IMG/VR virus record: IMGVR_UViG_3300016467_000248
From: an uncultured virus (IMG/VR IMGVR_UViG_3300016467_000248)
Lineage: Duplodnaviria; Heunggongvirae; Uroviricota; Caudoviricetes
Reading direction: 5' to 3' (one strand)
DNA length: 64,000 nucleotides
Shown here one piece after another: positions 1-10,351 of the stretch (the first letter of the stretch is position 1; the number at the start of each line of letters is the position of its first letter). Position numbers and translations under genes: made by a program. The notes beneath the pieces are model-generated. The model searched no databases, was not told the DNA's origin, and worked only from the letters and a program-made list of their open reading frames with translations.

Positions 1-3000
1 CCCATTACGGAGTCTCTCGAGCTTAATCAACACCTAGACTTCCTTCGCGCAGAAGCCGCGAAAGGCGGGTTTCATAACGAGCACGCTCTCTGGGAACAGA
101 AGCAACGAGCTGCAGAAGCGGCGCCAAAGAAGAAGCTAAATATCGACGAGCAGGAAGTCGAACAACGGGAAGCTGAGGAAGCGGCCAAGAAAAAAGCGGA
201 TGAAGAGCGCCAAAAGCGAGAGGAGCAGGAGGATCAGGAGGACGAACTAGACGCTGAAGAACAGCTGAGAAGGGACGAACTCGCAGAAAGGAAACTGCAG
301 AAGAAGCTGCAGAAAAAGCGGGACGAAGAAGACGAAGACGTTCTCCGCGACCTTCCTGACTTCGATTACACCGAACCTGATCGTGAGCTGGATTACTCCA
401 AAGGCGAAGCTGCCAAGGAAGCGCATACCCCTGAGTCACTGGCAAAGCATCTGGCTGATACGTATGGTGCCCGTAAGCCGGCGGTTGAAATCACGACCCG
501 GGCGCAGGCCGGTGTCGACGCCAAGATCAAAGCGTTCTACGACCCCAAGACCAAGAAGGTCCACATCATTGCGGACAATCTGGGAAAAGGCACGAATATC
601 CATGGACTGCTCAAACATGAGATCGGTGTCCACGCGCAGAAGCTGGGTGTAAAAGACCCTGAGTTCCAAGGCATCCTCAAACACATGCAAGGGATGCGCG
701 ATAAGGGCATTCAAGCGGTGCGCGAAGCGTACGCCAAGGTGCCGGAAGGAACGCGCCCGGAGCGCGTCCACGAGGAGGCTCTTGGTTATCTGGTTGAGCA
801 TCACCCGCACCTTCCTTTGGTCCGACGCTTCATGTCATGGCTGCGCCGTATGGCGCACAAGCTGACCGGCAACGCAGGGTGGCTTAAGCCAGAGGATCTG
901 TCTCACATGGCTCACCGCATTCTCAAGAAGGACTACGGTGTTGAGTCACGCCCGGAGCGCCGCGACGTTCAAGCAGAAAAGCTGCGGTCTGCAAGCGATG
1001 ACAACGTAAGAGCAATCCGAGCTACTGGGATTACCAAGACTGAGAAGCCGCTGACCTACCGGGAGACTGCTGAAGAAGTGGCCAAGGCGGCCAAGGCTTC
1101 CTACGACAAACGGCGCGGCGAGTACATCGACGCTACGGACCCTCTGACCCAAGCTCTGCAGAAACTTGATCGGTTTGATAAGAACCTTGGCAAGCTGCGT
1201 GCTGACCTCATTGCGGCCGAAGCAAATCAGTCCGTAGGGCTGGTAGCTCATGCGATCGAGAATGGCATTCCGGTGATCAATAAGTCGGGCTCCATGATGG
1301 TGACGCCCGGCGCGAACCTAAAAAATGCCGTTGAGTTTGCCCGCAGTAAAGACAAGAACGGCGAGGAGCTGCTGTCTTGGGTACTCCGTGTGAACATTGG
1401 TGAGCACCGTTTGGAAGAGCACGCACAGGACATACAAGACCTGAAGCGCATTGCACGAGAAATCCTCGAGCTGAAGGGCGCAGTAAAGTTCCACGATAAA
1501 CTGGGGCAGAACAAGGAGCGCAAGCTGGCTGAGAAAGCTCTGGCCAGCAAAGAGTCTGCATACAAGACCATCATTCGCGAGCGAAACATCGACCCCGAGA
1601 CGCTTGAGGGTCGAGAAAAAGTGGTCAACGCTGACATGATTGCGCTTCGAGACAAGCTCATGAAGGACCACCCGTGGCTCAAAGAAGCCACACAGGAGGT
1701 CTACGACGCAATGGACGGATTGGTCGACTTCCAGCTTCAGTCAGGCATGATTGACAAGCTCACGGCTGATAAATGGAAAGCTGCGCCCTACGTGCCGCTC
1801 TACAAGTCGCTGACTGATCTGGAGAAGGACCCCAACTTCAGCAAGTTGTTCCCCCGTTCCGCAGAAGCTATCTCACAGGTCAAGCAGATCAAGGGCTACA
1901 AGCACGCGGTCAATATGCTGGAGAACCTTCACAAGCACTACTACGGCATGATGCTTCCGGCTGTGTTTAACCATGTGCGTAAAGAGTCCATGAGCCAGAT
2001 GCTCCATCTGGACGCTCTGAACCGTATGAATGAGAGGCCCGAGCTGAGCTATGAGAAGGCGCTACGCAAAGCAACCGAAGCTGTAGAGACCAAGCACTCC
2101 GGGCCTAACACCATGAAGGTGCTGGACAACGGTGAAGAGAAGCACTACAAGATTGAGGACCCTGACCTCCTTCAGATGTTTGCTTTCAACCGCCCTGAGA
2201 TTCGTGGGTTCTTCGAACTTGCGCGCCCGTTCACTGCCGTACAGCGAACAGCTTTCCTCAAGAACCCTGCGTTCTGGGGCACACAGCTCTTCCTCGATCC
2301 TCTCTACGCTAACCTGACAGCCGGGGCCAAGTCTCTGATCCATCCGGGGCACGCGTTGGTCAACCTCGTCAAAATCTGGGCTGGTAAAAGCGAAGGATCA
2401 AAGGCCCTTGAACGGCACGGCGTCGACATCGGGTTCCAAGCCTACGCAGGTAAGAAGTCTCTCTCGTTCGAGCGTACAGGCGAAGCCACTCAGTTCCATG
2501 AGTTGTTTGGTAAGAGGTCTGCGTTCCGCAAAGCGATGAACGTGCTCGATCGTGTGCATAACTCGATCGACGAAGCCACGCGAGTCTCTGTCTACAACGC
2601 CGTAAAGAAAGACGGGAAGAAGATGGGGCTTACGGGTCAAGAACTGGAGGACTACGCGGTACATCGTGCCCGCACCTATATGAACTTCGCCGCCCGCGGA
2701 CGGAATCAGCTCCTAAATGAATACCGATCTGTAACGGCGTTTTCCAGTGCGGCGATCAATGGCGCGGATGCTCTGATGAAGAACGCAAAGGGCTACGGGC
2801 TGAATGAGAAGGAAGCCGCTGAGGTCAAGCGTATCTTCCGCAACCGCTTAGTAACAGGCGTGGCTATGGGTATGGGGCTTTCTCTGGCTCAGCTTAATGC
2901 GAGTAGTGACAAGCAGGAAGGCGATCTGTTCGATCAGCTAACTTCCATCGACACAGGTATGGGATTCAAAGTGCCAATGAAGTGGGACGTCGGCGCGCTC

Positions 3001-3786
3001 ATCTACGGCCTACCCAAAGTCTTTGTGATGACCACCCTGTTAGACGCGTCTAACCCGAACTCACTGACGGCAAGCCAAGGTGTAAAAGCGGCGCTGGAGC
3101 TGATTCGAAAGAATATGCTGCCCCCAATGCACTTGCCTGACGCGATCAACCCGATCTTTGAGGCAGGGACCAACTTTGATTGGGACTCTCTGGAGCCCCT
3201 TGAGTCCGCTGGAGCCATGCGTTATTCGGCTGATGCCCGAGGTCGATCTAGCACCTTCTTGGGTGAGTTCTTCGGCAATCTGTTTGGGTCTTCTGGCAAA
3301 GTCGCTGACCACGTAGGTCGAAGCTATCTGGGTAAGTTCTATGACTACACGAACTCAATAGCCGACATGATAACGGGGCGCATGGAGGGTATGCCCGGAG
3401 CGGATAAGGGTTTGGTCAAGGCTGTCGCTGGACCGTTCTACAAGGACGAAGATAAGGTCACGGGTGCAGATAGGATCTACACCGCAGACGAGATAGCCGG
3501 CCAAGAGGTAGCCAGCTTCAACAAGTTCAAGGTATCCAATAAGGAGAAGTTCGAGGAGTTCAAGAACGACCCCAAGCGTATGGCCTACCGTCGTGCGGCT
3601 CCGGCCTTGAGAAATGCCCGAGAAAGGCTAAGTGCCTACGAGAAGCAAATCTCCATCGTGATGGACTCGAAGATGCCCAAGGAAGCCAAGGAAGCACGCA
3701 TTCGACAGATCAACGAGAACAAGAGAAAAGCGATCGAGCAGGGCAACGCCACGGTAAAGAGACTCTTGGGGGACTACGCCCCCTGA
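1..3786 (+). CDS. Large polyvalent internal virion protein, 5' truncated; zincin-like metallopeptidase motif plus C-terminal LPD38-like region
   Basis: Frame 1 is open from base 1 (the track starts it at 685). Reads KAFYDPKTKKVHII...LLKHEIGVH (HEIGVH at 616-633) then EEALGYL. C-terminal RARTYMNFAARG...AFSSAAING resembles LPD38-type polyvalent proteins. Confidence 0.65.
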   Translation, partial: PITESLELNQHLDFLRAEAAKGGFHNEHALWEQKQRAAEAAPKKKLNIDEQEVEQREAEEAAKKKADEERQKREEQEDQEDELDAEEQLRRDELAERKLQKKLQKKRDEEDEDVLRDLPDFDYTEPDRELDYSKGEAAKEAHTPESLAKHLADTYGARKPAVEITTRAQAGVDAKIKAFYDPKTKKVHIIADNLGKGTNIHGLLKHEIGVHAQKLGVKDPEFQGILKHMQGMRDKGIQAVREAYAKVPEGTRPERVHEEALGYLVEHHPHLPLVRRFMSWLRRMAHKLTGNAGWLKPEDLSHMAHRILKKDYGVESRPERRDVQAEKLRSASDDNVRAIRATGITKTEKPLTYRETAEEVAKAAKASYDKRRGEYIDATDPLTQALQKLDRFDKNLGKLRADLIAAEANQSVGLVAHAIENGIPVINKSGSMMVTPGANLKNAVEFARSKDKNGEELLSWVLRVNIGEHRLEEHAQDIQDLKRIAREILELKGAVKFHDKLGQNKERKLAEKALASKESAYKTIIRERNIDPETLEGREKVVNADMIALRDKLMKDHPWLKEATQEVYDAMDGLVDFQLQSGMIDKLTADKWKAAPYVPLYKSLTDLEKDPNFSKLFPRSAEAISQVKQIKGYKHAVNMLENLHKHYYGMMLPAVFNHVRKESMSQMLHLDALNRMNERPELSYEKALRKATEAVETKHSGPNTMKVLDNGEEKHYKIEDPDLLQMFAFNRPEIRGFFELARPFTAVQRTAFLKNPAFWGTQLFLDPLYANLTAGAKSLIHPGHALVNLVKIWAGKSEGSKALERHGVDIGFQAYAGKKSLSFERTGEATQFHELFGKRSAFRKAMNVLDRVHNSIDEATRVSVYNAVKKDGKKMGLTGQELEDYAVHRARTYMNFAARGRNQLLNEYRSVTAFSSAAINGADALMKNAKGYGLNEKEAAEVKRIFRNRLVTGVAMGMGLSLAQLNASSDKQEGDLFDQLTSIDTGMGFKVPMKWDVGALIYGLPKVFVMTTLLDASNPNSLTASQGVKAALELIRKNMLPPMHLPDAINPIFEAGTNFDWDSLEPLESAGAMRYSADARGRSSTFLGEFFGNLFGSSGKVADHVGRSYLGKFYDYTNSIADMITGRMEGMPGADKGLVKAVAGPFYKDEDKVTGADRIYTADEIAGQEVASFNKFKVSNKEKFEEFKNDPKRMAYRRAAPALRNARERLSAYEKQISIVMDSKMPKEAKEARIRQINENKRKAIEQGNATVKRLLGDYAP

Positions 3787-6752
3787 GTCTCCGGGTCCCA
3801 TTCCCTAGTATGTCGGAACACGATGCAGTTCACTCTCATGGGTGGCAGGTCTGTTCCGGCAGCTAGGTCATAGGGCTTCATGCCGATATACAAATCTTTT
3901 TCTTTCAATGAGCGTATAGTCTCCTCGACTGATACTCTCTCAACAGTGCAGAACTCAAGCCACTGTTTTTCGGCCACCGCAGCAACTCCGGTGGCCTTTT
4001 CGTATCTGGCCCATACGTCACCATGTGGCATACGGTAGTAGCCCTTGTTCATGACGCTCTTCTTTTCTTCCTCAGACCCGTCCACCACAATCATGTGGCC
4101 GGACATACTGCTCAGGAGTGTACCCATGACGACAGAAGCTTCGCGGATCTTTTCATTGTGGACCTTGTTCTCGATCTTAAAGTCAGACCTCAGCCCTACG
4201 GTGTGATTCGTCACCCGCTCAACGTCAATGTCGTGGAGTCCGAGTTCTCTGGCAATCTCCCCAGCCGTGATAGCGGTGGCGATCATAGCGGAGTGGAACC
4301 GATCGGGACCATCAGCCCCAATTAGACGGTCTAACTCGACTCGCTTTTGCTTCAAGCGGTGCTCTACCAGCTGGAGATTCTGGATCACGTACTGCATGAA
4401 AATCTCACCAGCTATGCCGTAGTTGTAGGGCAGCGTGTCATGGAACAGAAGGTCGGCCTCCTCTTTCGTCAGGTTGTTGTCCTTGGGAATGAACAGCTCC
4501 ATGATCCGCATCCGCTCCCCATCAGCATGGGCCTTGAACGCCTTGAGAATGTCGATGAGGCTGTTGTTCCCAGATGTCACACCCAGAGTCTCCCACCCTG
4601 ATTCGTTGCGCCTCTCCGCATTGACGTGCGCTTGCATACGATTCCTCTCCCGGTTATTGGAGAAGTTGAGGACGAAGTTACTGAGCTTGTCAGCCTCGAT
4701 GTTGGTCAGCTCGTCCACGCACACCGGCAGATTGCACAGACTTGCCATGCGGCTTTGAATCGCCAGCACCGTGTCGTTGAGACTCAGCATGGTCCGTGTC
4801 GGGTGCCCCCAGATGCTGTTGATGCACATCTGAATGGTTGACTTACCCACACCCGAAGCCGGATTGGTCAGGTGGAGCAGGGCACTTCCAATATTGAGTA
4901 GCGAATACAGGGGCGCACCGAACCCAATAAACAACGCAAACGCACGGACCTCATTGCCCGGGTTGTTGTAGGTATTGATGACGGACTTCCACTTATCCAG
5001 CGTCCCCTCTTTGTTGTAGTAGGTGTAGAGCGTCTCAAGGTTCTTGCACACCGGGGAGAACTCGATCAGGCCCTGCTGGTTGATCTCGCGCTTGCCGATC
5101 AGGAACTTGGTTCTCTCGTCGTGCCACCCGAAACTGTCTCTGGCCTTGAGCTGGTTCCTCTTGGTCTGGTCGTACTCCATGAAGGCATTCATGTAATTGA
5201 TGAGCAACTTACCCTTCGTGCCCACCACATGGATACTGTGCGACTGGAGATAAGAAAGAATCAGGTCCTGTTTGGCCAGCCACGCCGCCGGTACCACGAG
5301 TTCTTTGAGGCCATCGTTCGGAGTGAGGTGCATCCAATGCCCGACCGCGCCACCGCCTTTGCCAGCTTCCGAATGCAGATCCTCGACGCGCCGATGGAGC
5401 CAGAAGTCCCGCTGATAGATGATGGTGTCCTGTATCTCCTCCTCTTCGTCGGTCTTCTTCATCTTCTTGTCAGCGATCACACCACGGTAGATCACTCCAC
5501 CTGCCTTGGATCGGAAGTAGGGCGGCGGGTAGTCGTCTGGAATAGTGATGGTGATGGTCCCGCCAATGTCCTCGGCATGGGCCTCAATTATGTTGTCCTC
5601 TGGAGTAGCCTCGGCATAAATCTGGCTCAACTGGAGTGGAGACGCCATTGGCGTCGGTTTGTTGTAGTGCTCGCAGTGTTGGCATGGATCCGGGTCCTCT
5701 GCTCGGAAATAGGCGCAGGTCGTTGGGTAACCCTTGCGTTCGAATAGCTTCTTCACCGTGGCGTCGTAGTCGAACCGTTGCTCGTCCTTCTCTGATATCT
5801 CGACCGCCCACTCGATCTTCTCGTCGTCCGTCCCATCGCACTCCATGATGACCCCGAGCACACCCTTCCATACGGGCTCGAGCGTACCAGTCTGATCCTC
5901 CATCGCGCGCCGAATCTGTTCGCACCCTTTGCTTTGCGCGATCTCGATGGTCTCCATCTGATCCGTTTCACGGTTCTTGTGCTGAGTCTTTACGGTATAC
6001 GTCTGTTGGCTACGTTGCAGAATATGCGGCCAGCTCCGAATGGTGGCTTCGCGCAGAATCTTTTGAATTCCCTGAATGTCGCCTGACCCGGGTGGGGGTG
6101 GGTTGTCCAAAAAGGTCTCTGCCTTCTTGAGCTTGATCAGGGCGGAGAAGTCCTCGACGCGAATAGCCTTTGGAGGCACAGCCAGCCGTACGGGTTTTGC
6201 ATCCCCATACTTGTAATTGGTGGTGCCGGGCACTCGCAGGAGGCGCACTACGTCATGGGTACACCCAGCGTCTATCACTAACCCGTTATCACGCGCCAGT
6301 TTAACGAATGCCTTAGATAGTTCTGACTTCTCGTTGTATGAAATGTCTCTATCAAAGACGTAGTAGCAATGGAGTCCATACCCTGACAGAACAACGGCAG
6401 GTTTCGGTAGACCAGTATTTCGTAAGAAGTTGAACAGCTCAGTTCTAGCTGTGTCAAAAGACGTGTATTTCTTGGGGTGGGATTCATCCTGTACGTCGAG
6501 TTCAAACTGAACGACCCTAGAAGCACAATAATTCTTAAGCTCTTTCTTGTCATTGGCGCCTCGCATAGATGCCGTACTAAAGTACGTATCGAGTCCCTCA
6601 GCACAAAGCTCGTTAGCGTAGGCGACAGCCTCGTCTACGTCTAGGAAATTACTGAATTTATTAGCACGCGGCGGATTGGCATTGCCCCCCAGTCCTTGAA
6701 TGTGAATATATCCTTGTTGTGGACACACGAGGTCCATGAATTCTTTTTGCAT
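3774..6752 (-). CDS. DNA primase-helicase (N-terminal RepB/AEP-like primase, Cys cluster, DUF927-type helicase)
   Basis: About 990 aa. SGYGLHCYY and RLLRVPGTTNYK primase motifs; Walker A PASGVGKST; Walker B VCVDE; FGWH DUF927-like segment. ATG 6752 is preferred over 6776, which lies in a hairpin. Confidence 0.85.
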   Translation of the reverse strand: MQKEFMDLVCPQQGYIHIQGLGGNANPPRANKFSNFLDVDEAVAYANELCAEGLDTYFSTASMRGANDKKELKNYCASRVVQFELDVQDESHPKKYTSFDTARTELFNFLRNTGLPKPAVVLSGYGLHCYYVFDRDISYNEKSELSKAFVKLARDNGLVIDAGCTHDVVRLLRVPGTTNYKYGDAKPVRLAVPPKAIRVEDFSALIKLKKAETFLDNPPPPGSGDIQGIQKILREATIRSWPHILQRSQQTYTVKTQHKNRETDQMETIEIAQSKGCEQIRRAMEDQTGTLEPVWKGVLGVIMECDGTDDEKIEWAVEISEKDEQRFDYDATVKKLFERKGYPTTCAYFRAEDPDPCQHCEHYNKPTPMASPLQLSQIYAEATPEDNIIEAHAEDIGGTITITIPDDYPPPYFRSKAGGVIYRGVIADKKMKKTDEEEEIQDTIIYQRDFWLHRRVEDLHSEAGKGGGAVGHWMHLTPNDGLKELVVPAAWLAKQDLILSYLQSHSIHVVGTKGKLLINYMNAFMEYDQTKRNQLKARDSFGWHDERTKFLIGKREINQQGLIEFSPVCKNLETLYTYYNKEGTLDKWKSVINTYNNPGNEVRAFALFIGFGAPLYSLLNIGSALLHLTNPASGVGKSTIQMCINSIWGHPTRTMLSLNDTVLAIQSRMASLCNLPVCVDELTNIEADKLSNFVLNFSNNRERNRMQAHVNAERRNESGWETLGVTSGNNSLIDILKAFKAHADGERMRIMELFIPKDNNLTKEEADLLFHDTLPYNYGIAGEIFMQYVIQNLQLVEHRLKQKRVELDRLIGADGPDRFHSAMIATAITAGEIARELGLHDIDVERVTNHTVGLRSDFKIENKVHNEKIREASVVMGTLLSSMSGHMIVVDGSEEEKKSVMNKGYYRMPHGDVWARYEKATGVAAVAEKQWLEFCTVERVSVEETIRSLKEKDLYIGMKPYDLAAGTDLPPMRVNCIVFRHTREWDPETQGA

Positions 6753-6769
6753 AGCGACACCGCGAGGAG

Positions 6770-6789
6770 GGGGCACCCGAAGGTGCCCC
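6770..6789 (-). promoter_or_regulatory. GC-rich hairpin with UUCG tetraloop between the SSB-like gene and primase (no U-tract)
   Basis: Minus strand reads GGGGCACC-TTCG-GGTGCCCC. Confidence 0.6.
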
Positions 6790-6824
6790 GATACAAAGCC
6801 AATTAGATGGTCTAACTCAGGGCT

Positions 6825-7775
6825 TTATACTTCCTCGCCCCACTCATCGAGTAGGGACGCCGCTTGAGCCATAGCACTTGAGGCCGGGGCAGGTGCGGGA
6901 GCAGCTTCTACTGGGGCGGGAGCCGGTTCGGGGGCTGGGGCAGGTGCGGGAGCAGCCTGAGCAGCAGGGCGGCTAGGCCGAGTGCGAGCAGGGGGAGCAG
7001 AAGGAGTGGGCTCAGCAGCAGGAGCAGCAGTAGAATCATCGCTAGGCTTGCGATAATTAAAGACAAGAGCATTCTGAGCCTCTTCGGTTTCACTCTTTTC
7101 AACGACGGTCCGCAGGTGTTCGGTCGGAACCCAGTCCTTACCAGAGAACCACAGGAGCGGAGTCGCTGAGTCAGAGTCAAAACTGATGCGGGTGACAACC
7201 CGGCGAGGGTCTACCTTCCGGCCATCCAGATAAGTGGAGTACCCGAGGAGGCCGCCACGTCCCGTGCCTTGGTCATACTTGGTGAACAGAGACTGTGCCG
7301 GGATGGTCATCTCGAAAATGTCCCCACCCTCGATGTTGTTCGCCAGAACGACAGCGATATTCGCCTTGGTCTGGCACGCCTTGGTTGTGCCCGTACCTGA
7401 ACCAGCGATGTTCTTAGGGCATTTCAAACACGACGAAGACTGTGGAGCCGCTGAGTTCGGGTGCGGAACCTTGTTGTCGTTGGACCAGCAGTCTGGAGGA
7501 GACGTGTCTTTAGGATCGAACGCCTTGGAATAATACTGACGGAGAAAGTTCTCTGACGCACCCAGAATAACCACGTCGATGTGGCTGTCCTTAGAGCCGA
7601 TTTCTTCGCCATTGATCTGCATACGGAACTTGTTGCCCCGGATAGAGATTCGACGAGAAGATCCCCCAGAGTTGCGCGCTAGATTAAAAAGCGAGCTGTT
7701 GCCCAGTGCGCCAGCTAGATCATCAGGTACAGCAGGTACGCCAGCAGGGCCAGAAAAGATTGTTAAATTTGACAT
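6825..7775 (-). CDS. Putative ssDNA-binding/annealing protein
   Basis: Four Cys (PPDCW...CLKC...KAC), Pro/Ala-rich linker and acidic tail LLDEWGEEV; located in the replication block. Confidence 0.6.
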   Translation of the reverse strand: MSNLTIFSGPAGVPAVPDDLAGALGNSSLFNLARNSGGSSRRISIRGNKFRMQINGEEIGSKDSHIDVVILGASENFLRQYYSKAFDPKDTSPPDCWSNDNKVPHPNSAAPQSSSCLKCPKNIAGSGTGTTKACQTKANIAVVLANNIEGGDIFEMTIPAQSLFTKYDQGTGRGGLLGYSTYLDGRKVDPRRVVTRISFDSDSATPLLWFSGKDWVPTEHLRTVVEKSETEEAQNALVFNYRKPSDDSTAAPAAEPTPSAPPARTRPSRPAAQAAPAPAPAPEPAPAPVEAAPAPAPASSAMAQAASLLDEWGEEV

Positions 7776-7776
7776 A

Positions 7777-8025
7777 CTATACTCTCTTATAGGTAGTAAG
7801 GTTCTCATACAGACGCTGAACGTCCGTTATCTTGAACAGGACACGGCCTGTTATGGGATTCTTGTATTTGGTCAGATGACCCTTTTCAATCATATACGTT
7901 AGCTTGTTTTTTGACGTACCAAGATAAGCGCATACTTCTTTGAATGTTAAAGACGGAGGGCACTCTGATGGGGGCCGCTGATTATCGGCCCCGAGTTCTT
8001 CCCCGTCAACGCGCTCGTTGCTCAT
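7777..8025 (-). CDS. Excisionase/MerR-like HTH DNA-binding protein
   Basis: LTFKEVCAYLGTSKNKLTYMIEKGHL...GRVLFKITDV matches the HTH_17/Xis pattern. Confidence 0.7.
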   Translation of the reverse strand: MSNERVDGEELGADNQRPPSECPPSLTFKEVCAYLGTSKNKLTYMIEKGHLTKYKNPITGRVLFKITDVQRLYENLTTYKRV

Positions 8026-8426
8026 TAGGTCCCCTGTGCTCTCCGCACGGTGATTGCGTAAGCTGAGTCGAGACTGAGGCCAACCGGCTGTTTGTCAGGG
8101 TTCTCCTCGAGGAATTTCTTGATATTCCCCTGATGGATTCTCTGCTCAAGCAGATACGGCGCATCCTCGGTCTTGATGAAGTCGTACATTCCCTGCCAGT
8201 CCGTCGTCCAGTAGCGAGTCTTGACTGTCCGGGTTGCGGTGCCGAACTTGGTCTTGATGCTGTCCCCACCGGCACCCTTGAGGATCTCAAGCAATGCGTT
8301 CTGGAAGGTATTCTGCTTCTCAAGAAGCTCTGCATCGGCAAGGTCAAATTGCTTCTTCAGTTCCGCTCTCTTGTCGCGGATCTTGATATAGGCTGAGACG
8401 AGTCTCTCAGCAGTCACTTCGCTCAT
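8025..8426 (-). CDS. Conserved phage coiled-coil protein of the replication block
   Basis: ATG 8426 with GGAGA RBS, downstream of the 8470-8497 promoter. Helical N-terminus followed by SIKTKFGT...DW. Confidence 0.7.
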   Translation of the reverse strand: MSEVTAERLVSAYIKIRDKRAELKKQFDLADAELLEKQNTFQNALLEILKGAGGDSIKTKFGTATRTVKTRYWTTDWQGMYDFIKTEDAPYLLEQRIHQGNIKKFLEENPDKQPVGLSLDSAYAITVRRAQGT

Positions 8427-8469
8427 GGTCTTCTCCGGTAAAGGGGTGGTGGCCCACCCATGGGTACAT

Positions 8470-8497
8470 ATAGTACCACAAAGTTGGAACGTGTCAA
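8470..8497 (-). promoter_or_regulatory. sigma70-like promoter
   Basis: TTGACA-16-TACTAT with extended -10 TG on the minus strand. Confidence 0.6.
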
Positions 8498-8499
8498 GT

Positions 8500-10086
8500 C
8501 TACCCTTCAAGTACCTCTTTGTACAGACTTAGCAGGTCGTCCTGATTGTCCACGTTGCTCTGGAGTTGTTTGTACCGCTTGGCCTCGACAGGGCTTCCGA
8601 CCAGATGGTAGATGGTGCATGGGTTCTTCTGACCGTTTCGGTGTACCCGATCGTTCGCCTGTAGGTAGGTCTCCGCGCTCAGCGTAGGGCTGAACCAGAT
8701 CACCGTATCGGCACGGTGCAGAGTGATGCCGTGCGATGCCGCCCTTGGCTGAATGACCAGAACCTTGGGATCGTTTGTTTTCTGGAAGCGTTCGATGATC
8801 TCGGCGCGCTTGTTGCCAGACGTACCTCCACCGATGCAATCATAGGTCACACCCTCGCTCCTGAGCCTCTCTGTAATCACTTGGACGGAGTGCTTGAATG
8901 TGGCGAAGATCAGCACCTTGTGCGATGACCCATGGACAATACTCATCGTCTCGTCTAGCCGGCTCTTGGCGTCGAATGTCACCACGCTACCGTCACTCAT
9001 GTAGCAGGAGCCAGAAGCAATCTGGAGGAGCTTATTGAGTAGGACCCCGGCATTGACGGCGGTCACTTCCCCCGACGCTAGGCTCAGGATGTTTTCCCTA
9101 CGCATCTTCTCGTAGTACATCCCTTGCTCCTTGGTCATCTCCACTTCGAGCGTGACATAGGTTCTCTCGGGTAGGTCTAAGCATTGCTCCTTGGTGAACC
9201 GAATGGCTGGCTGAAGGATACTGCGAACCATCGCCGTAGCCTCTGGTTTTGGAATCCACTTGAAGGTACTGACCTTATCCATGATCATGGTCTTGAATGC
9301 CGTGACAGACTTCGGCACGGTCTCGGATCGACAGATCCTCGCGATACCATAGGCATCCATCGGGGACTGAGCAATCGGCGTCCCGGTCATCATCCATACC
9401 CATGTGTCTGGCCCCACCAAAGAACGAATGGCTTTGGCCCTGTGCGTGTTGTCGTTCTTCACGTAGGTCGCTTCGTCGCAGATGATGAGGTCAAACCCGC
9501 CCGTCTGGAGTTCTCTTTTCATCGTGACCACGGCATCGTAGTTGATGACCACGTATTTGGCGCCGGACCCGATGACCTTTTGGCGTTGCTCTCTGGAGCC
9601 GATAGCCACGTCGGTATGCACGCCCATGAGGATCTGGCTCATGTCGTTGAGCCACGCGGCCTTGACTACCGATAGGGGGCAAATGACGAGCACTCGGTTG
9701 ATCTTCTTGTTCTGAAGCAACCAATGACTTGCCCAGATAGCAGACGCAGTTTTCCCTGTGCCCTGCTCGTTGAACAGATAACACCTTCTGTGCATGGTCA
9801 GGAACTCAGCGGTTGTCCGCTGATGGTCCATCGGTTGGTAGGTCCCGGGCCAACTATAATTTCTCAGGATCGGTGATGGGGTTTCCGTGGAGTGGAATCC
9901 CAGATTCCTAAGAACTCTTGTGTTGTCCAATGTCCAGCGTACTGCAACGCCGTCTTCTGTTCTAAAGGCTTGGTCCTGAAATATTCTCAGGACCTCGCTA
10001 ATCTTCTCTGGTTCGCCCTTAACGACTAGGGCTTTGTTGTGCAGTATATTAGGCTTTGAATACGCGCTTCCCTCTTGAGCCAGCAT
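8500..10086 (-). CDS. SNF2-family (SF2) DNA helicase
   Basis: EQGTGKT, CDEA, MTGTP, HGITL and QANDRVHRNGQ motifs. Confidence 0.9.
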   Translation of the reverse strand: MLAQEGSAYSKPNILHNKALVVKGEPEKISEVLRIFQDQAFRTEDGVAVRWTLDNTRVLRNLGFHSTETPSPILRNYSWPGTYQPMDHQRTTAEFLTMHRRCYLFNEQGTGKTASAIWASHWLLQNKKINRVLVICPLSVVKAAWLNDMSQILMGVHTDVAIGSREQRQKVIGSGAKYVVINYDAVVTMKRELQTGGFDLIICDEATYVKNDNTHRAKAIRSLVGPDTWVWMMTGTPIAQSPMDAYGIARICRSETVPKSVTAFKTMIMDKVSTFKWIPKPEATAMVRSILQPAIRFTKEQCLDLPERTYVTLEVEMTKEQGMYYEKMRRENILSLASGEVTAVNAGVLLNKLLQIASGSCYMSDGSVVTFDAKSRLDETMSIVHGSSHKVLIFATFKHSVQVITERLRSEGVTYDCIGGGTSGNKRAEIIERFQKTNDPKVLVIQPRAASHGITLHRADTVIWFSPTLSAETYLQANDRVHRNGQKNPCTIYHLVGSPVEAKRYKQLQSNVDNQDDLLSLYKEVLEG

Positions 10087-10351
10087 CTACTTTACTCTTG
10101 GGTTTGTGGTTTGACTTACGAGCATAGGACCTGTTTGCCTTGGAGTCTTCCAAGAAAAACCCACCCTTATTGCTACCTCCTTCAGACAGCGCGCTGACGT
10201 GTGCTACATCTTTTCCTTTACGGTTAACGCCCTTCTTATCGAGGGCGCGTCTAGCGCGTTGTCTTTCCATCCGGGCTTCATGAGCACCGGGTCTTTTCTT
10301 TTCTAAAGCCGTTTCGTGTGCGTAGTTACGCTTCGATGCGGGTATAGGCAT
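10049..10351 (-). CDS. Small basic HNH-like protein
   Basis: GKDVAHVSALSEGGSN...ANRS is a degenerate HNH pattern. Confidence 0.55.
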   Translation of the reverse strand: MPIPASKRNYAHETALEKKRPGAHEARMERQRARRALDKKGVNRKGKDVAHVSALSEGGSNKGGFFLEDSKANRSYARKSNHKPKSKVDAGSRGKRVFKA

